Virus record (IMG/VR): IMGVR_UViG_3300011008_000010 | Location: 64,001-128,000 of that record | Source of the DNA: a virus | Taxonomy: Duplodnaviria > Caudoviricetes | Reading direction: 5' to 3' (one strand) | Length of the DNA: 64,000 nucleotides | Shown here: positions 49,709 through 58,673 of the stretch, one piece after another | Position numbering within the stretch: position 1 is the first letter of the stretch | Layout: the number at the start of each line of letters is the position of its first letter | Notes under the pieces: model-generated | The model's input: the letters and a program-made list of their open reading frames with translations, nothing else | The model's database searches: none | What the model was told of the DNA's origin: nothing | Made by a program: the position numbers and the translations under genes

Positions 49709-49918
49709 ATGAAAGTGAAAGTGGCTGGGATAAACACGGTAGAGGCAATTCTGTCGAATATAAAAGGCGATATGTCGAATGTTTTAAATGTTGTCGTCCC
49801 TACTTTTGAAGATGTATACGAAGCATTAGGAAGTCTCAATGACGAAAAAGAAAATGCCCCATCGGAACAAGAAATCAATGGATATGAAAATGCAATCAAT
49901 TCCATTTTCGCGGCTTAA
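49709..49918 (+). CDS. small adaptor-like protein
   Basis: AGGAG RBS; C-term AINSIFAA helix. Confidence 0.5.
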   Translation: MKVKVAGINTVEAILSNIKGDMSNVLNVVVPTFEDVYEALGSLNDEKENAPSEQEINGYENAINSIFAA

Positions 49919-49953
49919 TAAATGCACATAAATACAGAAAGGAAATATAAATT

Positions 49954-50628
49954 ATGGCTATCACAAATTGGGTACAAGGGGATTTATACACTGCACAAGC
50001 AGCCAAAGATTATGTCGATGGAAAGGTTCTGACAAATGTACCTGCGAACGCGTTATTTACCGACACTCTTTATGATGATACGGCCCTTGCTGGACGCGTA
50101 ACAACCGTAGAAAGTGCAATTACAACTCTTAATGGATCAGGAGAAGGTTCTGTTTCAAAAGCTGTAGATGATGCCATTGATGATTTTGCAACAAAAATTA
50201 CAAACAATGATGTTATAGATACGTTCAAAGAACTTGTTGATTATGCAGCCGAAAACGGAAGCGATTTGGCTGCCATCACAGGAAGAGTCGGGACATTGGA
50301 AACTGCCGTTGGATCAGCAGCGGTCGAAGGGGATCCTGGGACGCCTGCAACTGGACTGTATAGATATGCGGACGATGCAATTACTGCTGCAATCTCCGCT
50401 CTTACAATTCCAACCGTCCCAACAAATGTTAGTGCATTTACTAATGACACCGGATATCAGACGGCTTCAGATGTCTCTACTGCAATCTCTGGGAAAGCAA
50501 ACAGTTCAGATCTTGCCACAGTTGCAACGACCGGTAGTTTTGCTGATTTAACAAATATTCCGGCTTATCTTTCACCAGATCTTTCAACATATGAATCAGA
50601 TATTGATGCAATTTTTGCAACCGTATAA
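49954..50628 (+). CDS. head/tail fibre protein
   Basis: LNGSGEGSVSKAV..IDTFKELVDY, VPTNVSAFTNDTGY, LATVATTGS modules. Confidence 0.6.
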   Translation: MAITNWVQGDLYTAQAAKDYVDGKVLTNVPANALFTDTLYDDTALAGRVTTVESAITTLNGSGEGSVSKAVDDAIDDFATKITNNDVIDTFKELVDYAAENGSDLAAITGRVGTLETAVGSAAVEGDPGTPATGLYRYADDAITAAISALTIPTVPTNVSAFTNDTGYQTASDVSTAISGKANSSDLATVATTGSFADLTNIPAYLSPDLSTYESDIDAIFATV

Positions 50629-50629
50629 G

Positions 50630-50682
50630 ATGTAGTGGCAGGTAGCAAGAATCCCTCTGCCTTTAGGCATGGGGAGTGTCAA
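50630..50682 (+). mobile_element. collapsed IS605-like mini-element (about 53 bp)
   Basis: AGCAAGAATCCCTCTGCCTTTAGGCATGGGGAGTGTCAA, a typical IS605 right end with TCAA. Confidence 0.75.
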
Positions 50683-50746
50683 TATTGATAGCAAAAAGCA
50701 AGGGCGAGGTTTTTGCTCTTGTCTTGTTTTATAAAGGGGGGTTAAA

Positions 50747-52411
50747 ATGCCTTCAATACAAAGCTGGGTCGATGGAGATCAATACACGGCTCAAAAAGCA
50801 AAAGAATATGTAGATGATATAAATGGATCGGTCGCCTCTGCTTTGTCTGCGATTCAAAGTTGGATGAACAACGCGGAAACAAGAATTGAAAGCGCATCTT
50901 ATCCAGAAGGTGGTATGACAGGTCAGGTTTTAACCAAAAGATCTGATGCAGACAATGATGTAAGATGGACGACGCTTGCAGGCGGTTCTGTGATCGTGGA
51001 TGATGCGCTTGACAGTGAAAGCACAAATCCTGTACGGAATGATGTTTTAACCGAGGAACTTCGTAAAAAAGCGACGGGGTATTTAACCGTTACCAATACG
51101 CGTACCACGGATGTTATTTCACAATCGGCGGTTTCAAACTATGCGACGTACTACACGGAGAATTATGAGAATCTGACAATCAATCATCCGAGTGTGGATT
51201 ATGAAGAGATGATTGTAACCGATCCTGCAACCGAGGAAGAGTACAAACATATTTTCACGCCGACCGAACTTGATGATATGTGGGATTTTATCAGCGGTTC
51301 GGCAACCTCGGATGCCGCCCGGTCGTACACGTTAAAAGGAACTACTGGCAACAAGTATCTGTATCTTCGTCGGGTTTCGATCAACGATGCTTGGCAGTAT
51401 TATTACACAGTAGCCAGATTGTCGAATACTGCCGAGGTTGTTGAAGCGGTTATCAATGAATATACAGTAACGACAATTGACGAACGGCTTATACCCGATA
51501 CGATCTCAAGGACAGAGGATGTTGACTCGCAAATCGCTAATCTTGTCCAAAAATCCGGTGATACTATGTCAGGTAATTTGACAGTATCAAAAGATTCTGG
51601 CAATACGTTCTTTGTTGCTGAGCGTACAGACGTAACGATCAGCAATAGAAGTTTAGATTCAAACCATAATTGGTATAACAAAAAGGCTAAGATTGGTATT
51701 GGATATGGTGTAAACGGAACAAATTGCGGTCTGTATCATTTTGGTATGGGGGCATGGATGCTCCGTTATAACCAACAGGGGGAGTTGACGCTTGGCGGCG
51801 GAGATATTCCTGTCACTTCGCTTGAAACGCTGAAAACGGCGTTAGGGCTGTCTGCATCTGGTGGCGATGGTGGTATGGTTGCTACTATGTACACCTACAG
51901 TGACTTTACCTATGCAACCGGATTTGCAGCGTATGCCACAGGATCAACGTCAAGCAGCACACCACGTATTATGAAGTGGGGTAGATTTGTTAATATCTCT
52001 GGCGCATTTAAGGCGACCGCTACACAAACGACAGCGGACGCTGTGGACATCGGATACGTTCCGTCGGATTGCAAGCCGGTCTACAATCAAGCAGTAAAAC
52101 AGCAGGCAAGCGGATTAGGCAGTTTTCTGTTGCGAATCTATGCAAGTGACGGACGCATGACGGCAGAACGGTATGACGGTGGTTTGGTCGGTGCATGGGA
52201 TGAAGTCGCGGATTATAGTTCGTTACCAGCGGCATCGAGTCATTGGCTGACTAACCATATTTACCGGACGTCGGATGATGATAAGTTATACAGAGCAATC
52301 GGAACGACGTCAACCAATGCCGTATGGACAGAAGTGACGGATTTGAATTTGAAATCTATCCCGATTCCGAATGGGGCATGGTTGAACATTAACATGAGTT
52401 ACATTTCGTAG
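50747..52411 (+). CDS. tail fibre/receptor-binding protein
   Basis: PEGGMTGQVLTK, STNPVRN, VQKSGDTMSGNL modules; C-term KWGRFVNISG..IGYVPSDCKP domain. Confidence 0.7.
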   Translation: MPSIQSWVDGDQYTAQKAKEYVDDINGSVASALSAIQSWMNNAETRIESASYPEGGMTGQVLTKRSDADNDVRWTTLAGGSVIVDDALDSESTNPVRNDVLTEELRKKATGYLTVTNTRTTDVISQSAVSNYATYYTENYENLTINHPSVDYEEMIVTDPATEEEYKHIFTPTELDDMWDFISGSATSDAARSYTLKGTTGNKYLYLRRVSINDAWQYYYTVARLSNTAEVVEAVINEYTVTTIDERLIPDTISRTEDVDSQIANLVQKSGDTMSGNLTVSKDSGNTFFVAERTDVTISNRSLDSNHNWYNKKAKIGIGYGVNGTNCGLYHFGMGAWMLRYNQQGELTLGGGDIPVTSLETLKTALGLSASGGDGGMVATMYTYSDFTYATGFAAYATGSTSSSTPRIMKWGRFVNISGAFKATATQTTADAVDIGYVPSDCKPVYNQAVKQQASGLGSFLLRIYASDGRMTAERYDGGLVGAWDEVADYSSLPAASSHWLTNHIYRTSDDDKLYRAIGTTSTNAVWTEVTDLNLKSIPIPNGAWLNINMSYIS

Positions 52412-52448
52412 TACATAGGATTAAAAGGTTATAAGAGAGATATAAAAC

Positions 52449-52721
52449 ATGAGTGACAAAACAAAACTTGACATAGATGAACTATCTTCTTCTGATATAA
52501 TTCATCTTGCAGAAGAATATATTCATCATGATCGAAACAGAAGGATATTTATAAAAAGATATACAAGGGGAATGACAATTCAAAAAATTGTTGATTCGGA
52601 ATTTGAGGAAGAAAAAGAAATAATTTCCATAGATCAAACAAAAAGAGTTCTAAAAAAGAGCCTTGAAGCAGTTATGAAACATGTTATGTTTGAAAATGGG
52701 AAACTTAGGGTGACGATATGA
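52449..52721 (+). CDS. sigma region-4-like HTH protein
   Basis: EYIHHDRNRRIFIKRYTRGMTIQKI...ISIDQTKRVL. Confidence 0.55.
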   Translation: MSDKTKLDIDELSSSDIIHLAEEYIHHDRNRRIFIKRYTRGMTIQKIVDSEFEEEKEIISIDQTKRVLKKSLEAVMKHVMFENGKLRVTI

Positions 52722-52740
52722 TTCGTCGCCCTATTTTTTT
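52707..52740 (+). terminator. intrinsic terminator
   Basis: AGGGTGACGA-TATGAT-TCGTCGCCCT then ATTTTTTT. Confidence 0.7.
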
Positions 52741-52839
52741 CGCTCAAAAATGACCCATAAATTCTACTGTAATTATATTTTTATGCACTCGCAGATAAGT
52801 CTATTTTTATTTATTATCTAATTTAAAGAGGTTAAATAA

Positions 52840-53206
52840 ATGGCTTTTGTTTATTTTTCAAATAATCCGAAAAGTAAAAATGTGGGCGACTGTGTAGTGA
52901 GAGCATTATCTGTTGCACTGGATACTGATTGGGAGTCTGTTTATATTAACCTGTGTTCTATTGGCTTGCTTGATGCGGATATGCCTAATTCAAATGCTGT
53001 TTGGGGCAAATATTTAAAGGAAGCGGGATTTAGAAAACATATAATTCCCGATTCTTGTCCGGATTGTTATACTATTAGAGATTTTTGCAAAGATCATTTT
53101 GTACTGTTCCATATTTATGCAGATGTTCTACGGTATCTGTTCGTAATACGAGTACGCAGGCAATAAATACAAGTAACTTCAATATTTTGTTCAATAGAAT
53201 ACGCTG
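52840..53206 (+). pseudogene. deletion chimera of two genes
   Basis: NNPKSKNVGDCVVRAL..CPDCYTIRDFCKDH stops short; a different frame from ~53098 reads FCTVPYLCRCSTVSVRNTSTQAINTSNFNILFNRIR*. Confidence 0.55.
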
Positions 53207-53224
53207 AAAGGAGGATAGATAATC

Positions 53225-53644
53225 ATGGATGACAGAATGCACAAACTTCATGAAATGATTGATCGTGGTATTGACGAGATTCTGACCAAGCCTTCTTTGG
53301 ACAAAGAGACCGTCTGTATTGCAGGCGAGCTTGTAGATATCAAAAAAGATCTTACAACGATTGAGGCTATGGAAGAGTACGGATATTCTGAAGGTGTATA
53401 TCCGATGCACTATAACAATAATGGACAAAGTTATGGCAATATGTATGCTCGCAATGCCAGAGGAAATGGACGTAGTGGCAGGGGCTCTTATGGATATAAC
53501 TCCTATGGTAATCAAATGTACAATGACGGATATAGCCGTGGTATGGATGAAAATATGATGTCTCATTTTGAACAGGCTATGGTCAATGCTTCTAACGAGC
53601 ATGAAAGGGAAACAATTCGGAGATTAATGAATCAAATGAGATAA
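53225..53644 (+). CDS. conserved gut-phage hypothetical protein
   Basis: GGAGG RBS; helical N-term, G/Y/R/S-rich middle, NEHERETIRR C-term. Confidence 0.65.
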   Translation: MDDRMHKLHEMIDRGIDEILTKPSLDKETVCIAGELVDIKKDLTTIEAMEEYGYSEGVYPMHYNNNGQSYGNMYARNARGNGRSGRGSYGYNSYGNQMYNDGYSRGMDENMMSHFEQAMVNASNEHERETIRRLMNQMR

Positions 53645-53670
53645 CTATTGTAAATGCAACAATTACAGTT

Positions 53671-53710
53671 ACAGGCCGACGATTTCTTTTTGTAAACGTC
53701 GGCCTGTTTC
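53671..53710. terminator. hairpin between convergent arms
   Basis: ACAGGCCGACG...CGTCGGCCTGT. Confidence 0.6.
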
Positions 53711-53793
53711 TATGTTTTGGATCTATTTCGATCAAGGAAACAATTTTCAGATGAGTACGATTGCCCCTCCTTTCAATGTGTAATGTGCGTGTA

Positions 53794-53805
53794 GAACAAA
53801 CGTTC
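53794..53805. promoter_or_regulatory. Firmicutes SOS (LexA) box
   Basis: GAAC-AAAC-GTTC just downstream of a leftward TTGTGC-N16-CATAAT. Confidence 0.55.
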
Positions 53806-53974
53806 TGACTACGATTATGACTACAGTAACATTGTGCACAACCTATTGCCCAGTAAAATCAAGGGTTTCAAGGTCATTTTGAAGCTGCTGACGGGAATCG
53901 GACTTTCCCTGAAAGCTCACAACCCTTGATTTTACTGGGTTTCTCTTTAAAAATCAGTGCTACTATGGCTACGA
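53806..53974. other. attP: tRNA 3'-end core, 19-bp inverted repeats, arm-type repeats
   Basis: Core (minus) CGATTCCCGTCAGCAGCT at 53883-53900; IR CCCAGTAAAATCAAGGGTT 53849-67 / 53921-39; TGACTAC/TGGCTAC repeats on both sides; abuts integrase stop. Confidence 0.75.
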
Positions 53975-53975
53975 T

Positions 53976-55229
53976 TCAGGCTTGTTTTTGATGCAGTAGG
54001 GGTTTATTTTTGCCCAATGCGCTCTTAACCTGGGCAATTGCCTCTGCATTTGTCCGATTATTAAATAGATAATGCTTGCGTGTAGTAGCAATGTCTGTGT
54101 GCCCCATTTGATTCATAATGATAGTCTCATCCACATTGCCATTGAATAATCTGGTTGCGTATGTTTTTCTGGCTTTGTGCATAGATCTCTTTTTGATCCC
54201 AATCTTATCGCAGATCCTTATAAGCTTTTGAGAAAAATAAGTACCGTGGATTCTTTCGCCGGTATTGGGACTTGTGAAGAGATATTCTCCAAATGGATTT
54301 AATCTGCGACATTGCTTAATAATTTTTATTGCCTCTTCTGTCAAGATGATTAATCTGGAGCCGTCTCTGCCCTTGGTGAAATCTTCAATATAAAAGATTG
54401 TATGACCCTCGTTATTTTTGCATCTCGTTTCTTTTCTGCAAATAAAAGCTACACTTGCATCAAGATCGAAATCAGACAACTTTAATCCGGAAATCTCTCC
54501 TACTCTAAGCCCTGTTTCAAAACCTAAAAGAATTCCATAATTCAACAAAGACGGTTCTTCTGAATAGATATATTTCTCAATCATATCTATTTCTTCGGAT
54601 GTAAACACTGACTCTTCCGGGTGAAAGGTTCTTTTTTTAAACATATTCTTTGACAACATAAGATCTCCCATAAACCAGGAAATGCTTAGTGTTGTATAGC
54701 CCTTTTCTTTCCCATACTTAAATATACCGTTGATAAGAGTTCTTGCGTTTGCCCATCCTTTTGCTGTTAACTGGTTATTCCGAATGAGAGATCTAATGAA
54801 ATGCTTCAAGATATCTTCTGTAATATGCCTAAAAAATAACAGCTCGATATCTTTTCCTTTGAAGTATCTATTATAATCGCCAACATATTTATCATATGTC
54901 TGCTTTTTTATTTCTCCATAATAGATCTTCTGGTCAACCCACTCTTTAAAGACGGTACTTATTGTCGGTTCGTCTACCCACTCTCTGTACCAGTTTGAAA
55001 TATCATCTTCAAGAGACTCAAGTTTTCTTCTTTTGATCATCCTCCTTCCTTTTTCCTTGCGTGGATCCGGAAGATAGGTGAACCACTCTCCGGAAGGTCC
55101 TTGCCAAATTTTAAATTTGTGCAAACTAAGATAATGTTCTCTTTCATACATCTCAATTTGCAATCGCAACTCATCTTCGTCGATGATACCATTTGCGATT
55201 GCAAAATGTAAAGAATTATTATCTATCAT
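53976..55229 (-). CDS. int: tyrosine integrase
   Basis: ETGLRVGEI (R), SMHKARKTY (HxxR), MGHTDI..HY (H, Y). Confidence 0.92.
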   Translation of the reverse strand: MIDNNSLHFAIANGIIDEDELRLQIEMYEREHYLSLHKFKIWQGPSGEWFTYLPDPRKEKGRRMIKRRKLESLEDDISNWYREWVDEPTISTVFKEWVDQKIYYGEIKKQTYDKYVGDYNRYFKGKDIELLFFRHITEDILKHFIRSLIRNNQLTAKGWANARTLINGIFKYGKEKGYTTLSISWFMGDLMLSKNMFKKRTFHPEESVFTSEEIDMIEKYIYSEEPSLLNYGILLGFETGLRVGEISGLKLSDFDLDASVAFICRKETRCKNNEGHTIFYIEDFTKGRDGSRLIILTEEAIKIIKQCRRLNPFGEYLFTSPNTGERIHGTYFSQKLIRICDKIGIKKRSMHKARKTYATRLFNGNVDETIIMNQMGHTDIATTRKHYLFNNRTNAEAIAQVKSALGKNKPLLHQKQA

Positions 55230-55550
55230 TTATTTTCCTTCCGCAGTTTATTTATCTCTTTTTGAAGATGAACGATACACTCCCAAAGAATTTTACATTC
55301 TTTCTGAAGATCTTTTATGTTGCCTATGTCCGCACAATTGCTTATAGTAGAAGATATGTGAAAAGATGCCGAATCTAAATTTTTATCCACGTAAATCATA
55401 TATTGTCACCTATCTTTTCTTCTCCAGTATTCACAATCATCACCATCCTTGTATCCGGTTTCTAATCCATAGGATTCAGATTCTGTATGCAAGCAAACCC
55501 ATTCTCTGTCTACCTTTATATGATATTTACATGTCCCACAGATTTTTTCT

Positions 55551-55967
55551 TCAAACATTTTCCTCAGTTTTAACCGATTCTTCATCGGATTTCTGCTGTT
55601 TTAACACTTGAGCCTTTTGTAAGTCTTCCTCTACTTTCGTCTTGTCTTCTTCTGAAAGTTCTTCAAATACATCAACATTTCTGGATTCATCATTGGCAAC
55701 ATCCATAATTTCCTGGATCGTTTTCATTTCATCTGAAAATTCAGAAAGAGTTAATTTAGTTGTTTTTTCACAAAGAGTCTTAATGTTTTCAAAGCATTCC
55801 TTATAAGTATCAACAGAATTAACATCTATTCTGTCCAGATAACCCATAATAGCAGCAGCCACTGTTTTGGATCCGATGGCAATTCCTTGTGCTCTTGCTT
55901 GTTTTAAATGTTTCATAAATTCATTTTTAGCATCGTCCATTGTCATTTCTTTTTTTGTGTCTTCCAT
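55551..55967 (-). CDS. hypothetical protein
   Basis: GGAGG RBS on the minus strand, 138 aa. Confidence 0.6.
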   Translation of the reverse strand: MEDTKKEMTMDDAKNEFMKHLKQARAQGIAIGSKTVAAAIMGYLDRIDVNSVDTYKECFENIKTLCEKTTKLTLSEFSDEMKTIQEIMDVANDESRNVDVFEELSEEDKTKVEEDLQKAQVLKQQKSDEESVKTEENV

Positions 55968-56003
55968 TTTATTTATCCTCCTGTTGTTTTGATGATTTGA
56001 TAG

Positions 56004-56297
56004 TTAGTTTTTAATTCGTGTATTCCACGCTTTGATGATGTTCTGCTTCGCCTTCTCCCAAACGTCTGGCGTTTGCCGACCTGTTACTACACCCTCCTCA
56101 AAGTTTGCTCCGCAATCTGGACACAAAATTTCCCAATAGCACCAATAACTCATGTCAGGTTTTCCGTTGTGACTCGGATGAATCAAAGAAAACTCAATAT
56201 CTTCGCCACCGCAAAACGGACACGGAAGTAACTTGTCTTCGATCTCCTTGCGCTCTTGGTAGAAATTCGCTAAGTCTACACCGATTTCATGTTTCAT
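56004..56297 (-). CDS. Lar-family (restriction alleviation) zinc-finger protein
   Basis: LLPCPFCGG...CPDCGA...AWNTR. Confidence 0.75.
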   Translation of the reverse strand: MKHEIGVDLANFYQERKEIEDKLLPCPFCGGEDIEFSLIHPSHNGKPDMSYWCYWEILCPDCGANFEEGVVTGRQTPDVWEKAKQNIIKAWNTRIKN

Positions 56298-56601
56298 CCG
56301 TTTTGCCCTTTTGATATCCTCTGTTATCTACTTCGTTCTTATATTTTTCGTTTGCCTCTTGCTCATTTGGCATAACGAAAAGATTGTTTTGACACGTACA
56401 CAGGCCAATTTGTTTTATTATTTCTTTAGCCGCATAAAACCTGTATTCCCCAAGTAAGTGTTTCCATTCATATGTACCATTTGAAATTGTACCATTTGAA
56501 AGTATTTGAGCCACTCCATTATTGTTGCCTGTAGTTTCTATATTAATGCTTAGTGCATGATCTAAATTAACAAGATCTCCTCTTTGTGTTTGAACCCACA
56601 T
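56287..56601 (-). CDS. hypothetical protein
   Basis: MWVQTQ..LVNL..LLGEY pattern of small phage proteins. Confidence 0.55.
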   Translation of the reverse strand: MWVQTQRGDLVNLDHALSINIETTGNNNGVAQILSNGTISNGTYEWKHLLGEYRFYAAKEIIKQIGLCTCQNNLFVMPNEQEANEKYKNEVDNRGYQKGKTDET

Positions 56602-56907
56602 TTTTTTTGCTCCTTATTCCCAAGTATCTACAACTTCTATCTTCGTGTCAGAATAATGAATTGATTCGATTGCTTTCTCAAATGCCTCCAACTCATCAAC
56701 GGCATCGATTGTTATTTCGTGAGCCGGAACATATACTATATATCTAATCATAAACTTATTCTTCCTCCCATTCCGCATAATTGCCATCAACAATTTTCAC
56801 ATACTTCTTTGTATTATCTACCCCATATATACCAGTTGCGGCTTCTTTTTCGGTTAATGAGACAAAGATATTTGTATTCGGAACTTCATAAAAAAATTTT
56901 TCAAAAC

Positions 56908-57093
56908 TCATATGGAACCTCCATTAGAAAGATTCGTTACAGTTATCTCTTTGTCTGCGCTTCCAACTCCATTTACTTTAAAAATAGACTTACAATCATT
57001 ACATTTATATAGTTCCGGATTCGACATTTGTTTAATCATGCCGCTACAAATAGGGCAAACAGAGTCTTTGTACAACAAGTACAATGTTTTCAT
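56908..57093 (-). CDS. small zinc-ribbon protein
   Basis: CPIC..CNDC. Confidence 0.5.
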   Translation of the reverse strand: MKTLYLLYKDSVCPICSGMIKQMSNPELYKCNDCKSIFKVNGVGSADKEITVTNLSNGGSI

Positions 57094-57096
57094 TTT

Positions 57097-57351
57097 TTAT
57101 CCTCTTGGAATATTGATTATGATATCTTTTATATATTTTTTTCGCTTTTCTTTATCTTTACATATTTCATACGGTACATATATTTCTCTCGTATTAAATC
57201 TTTTTCCGCATTTAACACACTCTTTTCTTCTTTTTGGATATGTCTGAATAGCATCTTGTAATCGCTCGTCATTAAATTCATAATATTTTGCTTTTCCCGT
57301 TAACTTGGGACGCATGGTTTCTCCGCAATGAGGGCACTTAAGTTGTATCAT
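57097..57351 (-). CDS. NrdR N-terminal-like zinc ribbon protein
   Basis: KCPHCG...RRKECVKCGKRFNTRE; no ATP-cone. Confidence 0.65.
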   Translation of the reverse strand: MIQLKCPHCGETMRPKLTGKAKYYEFNDERLQDAIQTYPKRRKECVKCGKRFNTREIYVPYEICKDKEKRKKYIKDIIINIPRG

Positions 57352-57604
57352 ATTTCGCCTCTTTTATAATATGAATCCCGTTGCTTGCTTTATATCCAAT
57401 AGAATCAAAGATTTCTTTTATTTCCAATTCTTTCTGTTTGTAATATTCGCCGTCTTTTCCAGACAAAAACTTTGTTATGATGACGCCGGATTCGTTTGTA
57501 GAATTAAATCCTTTGGCTTTAAGGATTTCTGCCACATCATCTTTACTGTAAAAAATTTTCCCAGTTTCTTGAACTTGTTTTTCTTGTTTTTTCTTTGTCT
57601 TCAT
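57338..57604 (-). CDS. hypothetical protein
   Basis: ORF in a tightly packed minus-strand operon. Confidence 0.45.
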   Translation of the reverse strand: MKTKKKQEKQVQETGKIFYSKDDVAEILKAKGFNSTNESGVIITKFLSGKDGEYYKQKELEIKEIFDSIGYKASNGIHIIKEAKYDTT

Positions 57605-57833
57605 AAGGATAATGCTGCTCCTTGGCTTTCATCGGAGCATGAATTCTTTCATATACTCCGTCTAATTCGTTACAACATTTATTGCATACGTCTCCATATG
57701 GAGTCATCTTTCTCCATGTTTCGGGAAGAATATCGGAAAGATCTTCTTTTTTTTCTGTCGGAATATCAATTTCGTCAAAAGAAAGTCTGGCTCCACACAC
57801 ATCACAAACAAAAGTAACTTGCCTTACAACCAT
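57543..57833 (-). CDS. zinc-binding hypothetical protein
   Basis: CDVCG..DVCNKC. Confidence 0.5.
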   Translation of the reverse strand: MVVRQVTFVCDVCGARLSFDEIDIPTEKKEDLSDILPETWRKMTPYGDVCNKCCNELDGVYERIHAPMKAKEQHYPYEDKEKTRKTSSRNWENFLQ

Positions 57834-58076
57834 TGCCCCACCCCTCTAATTACATAACATCTCCCCAAAGTTCTTTGTAACAATTTACGCATATTTGTGC
57901 TTTTGTTGAATGTGCGGGATTTTCAACGTACCATTGCTGAGAATAGTCATGTTCTTCAAGTTGAAGCCAATACTGTTTTGAAACATCCTTAATTTCCTCT
58001 TTACATCTGTCGCATTTTTGAATCGTCATTTCTTTTTTGTTGCTCCTTTCTTTCCTTTATACCCCTTATATTTTTT

Positions 58077-58673
58077 TTACCAGAAATAATTTTGGCGACC
58101 ATCACCATTAAAATACACAGAAGACATATTTAAAATATCTTCCGAGACTTCTTCTTTTAAAACCGATTCGATTGCACTGTATTCTTGATCTGTAGCAGAA
58201 AAACTTATATCGGTAGATGCTTTTTTGTATGTAGTAAATTGACCTGGTGCAGATAGGACAGATGTAATACATGGTAAATTACCACCAAAGAATTTGCCGT
58301 TTAAATATCTGTTGAAAATAACAACAGCAACTTTTTGACATCCTTCAATACCGGTATTGTGTGCTTCAAGATACAAAACTTTGGCCAATAGATCTTTTTC
58401 TTCTTGGGTAATCTCTGTTATGCTCCATCTGTTCGTATAAACAGGCGAATCTTCCTGGATAATTGTTTCAACTTCAATTGGATCTGCTTCTACGCCCGTA
58501 GATTCAGGTTTATATTCATAAAGATTAGAAACATGATAATTTTCTTTTTTTTCAATTTCTTCGATATCGCTCGTGTTAACAATACTGATTTTTGTCCCGA
58601 CAATAAGACAGAAGACGCATATAATTATTGTTGATATTATCTGTGAAATTGGTTTATATATCCCCTTTAGCAT
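58077..58673 (-). CDS. SleB/Hydrolase_2-like cell wall hydrolase with N-terminal TM
   Basis: LLAKVLYLEA..VAVVIFNR..VLSAPGQF. Confidence 0.75.
   Translation of the reverse strand: MLKGIYKPISQIISTIIICVFCLIVGTKISIVNTSDIEEIEKKENYHVSNLYEYKPESTGVEADPIEVETIIQEDSPVYTNRWSITEITQEEKDLLAKVLYLEAHNTGIEGCQKVAVVIFNRYLNGKFFGGNLPCITSVLSAPGQFTTYKKASTDISFSATDQEYSAIESVLKEEVSEDILNMSSVYFNGDGRQNYFW

Noticed and set aside
53075-53602. 175-aa minus-strand ORF and many other antisense ORFs in the track
   Set aside because: Shadow frames of well-supported opposite-strand genes, with no RBS or motifs
53881-53902. Complete tRNA gene
   Set aside because: Only the T-arm and acceptor 3' part are present; interpreted as the att core
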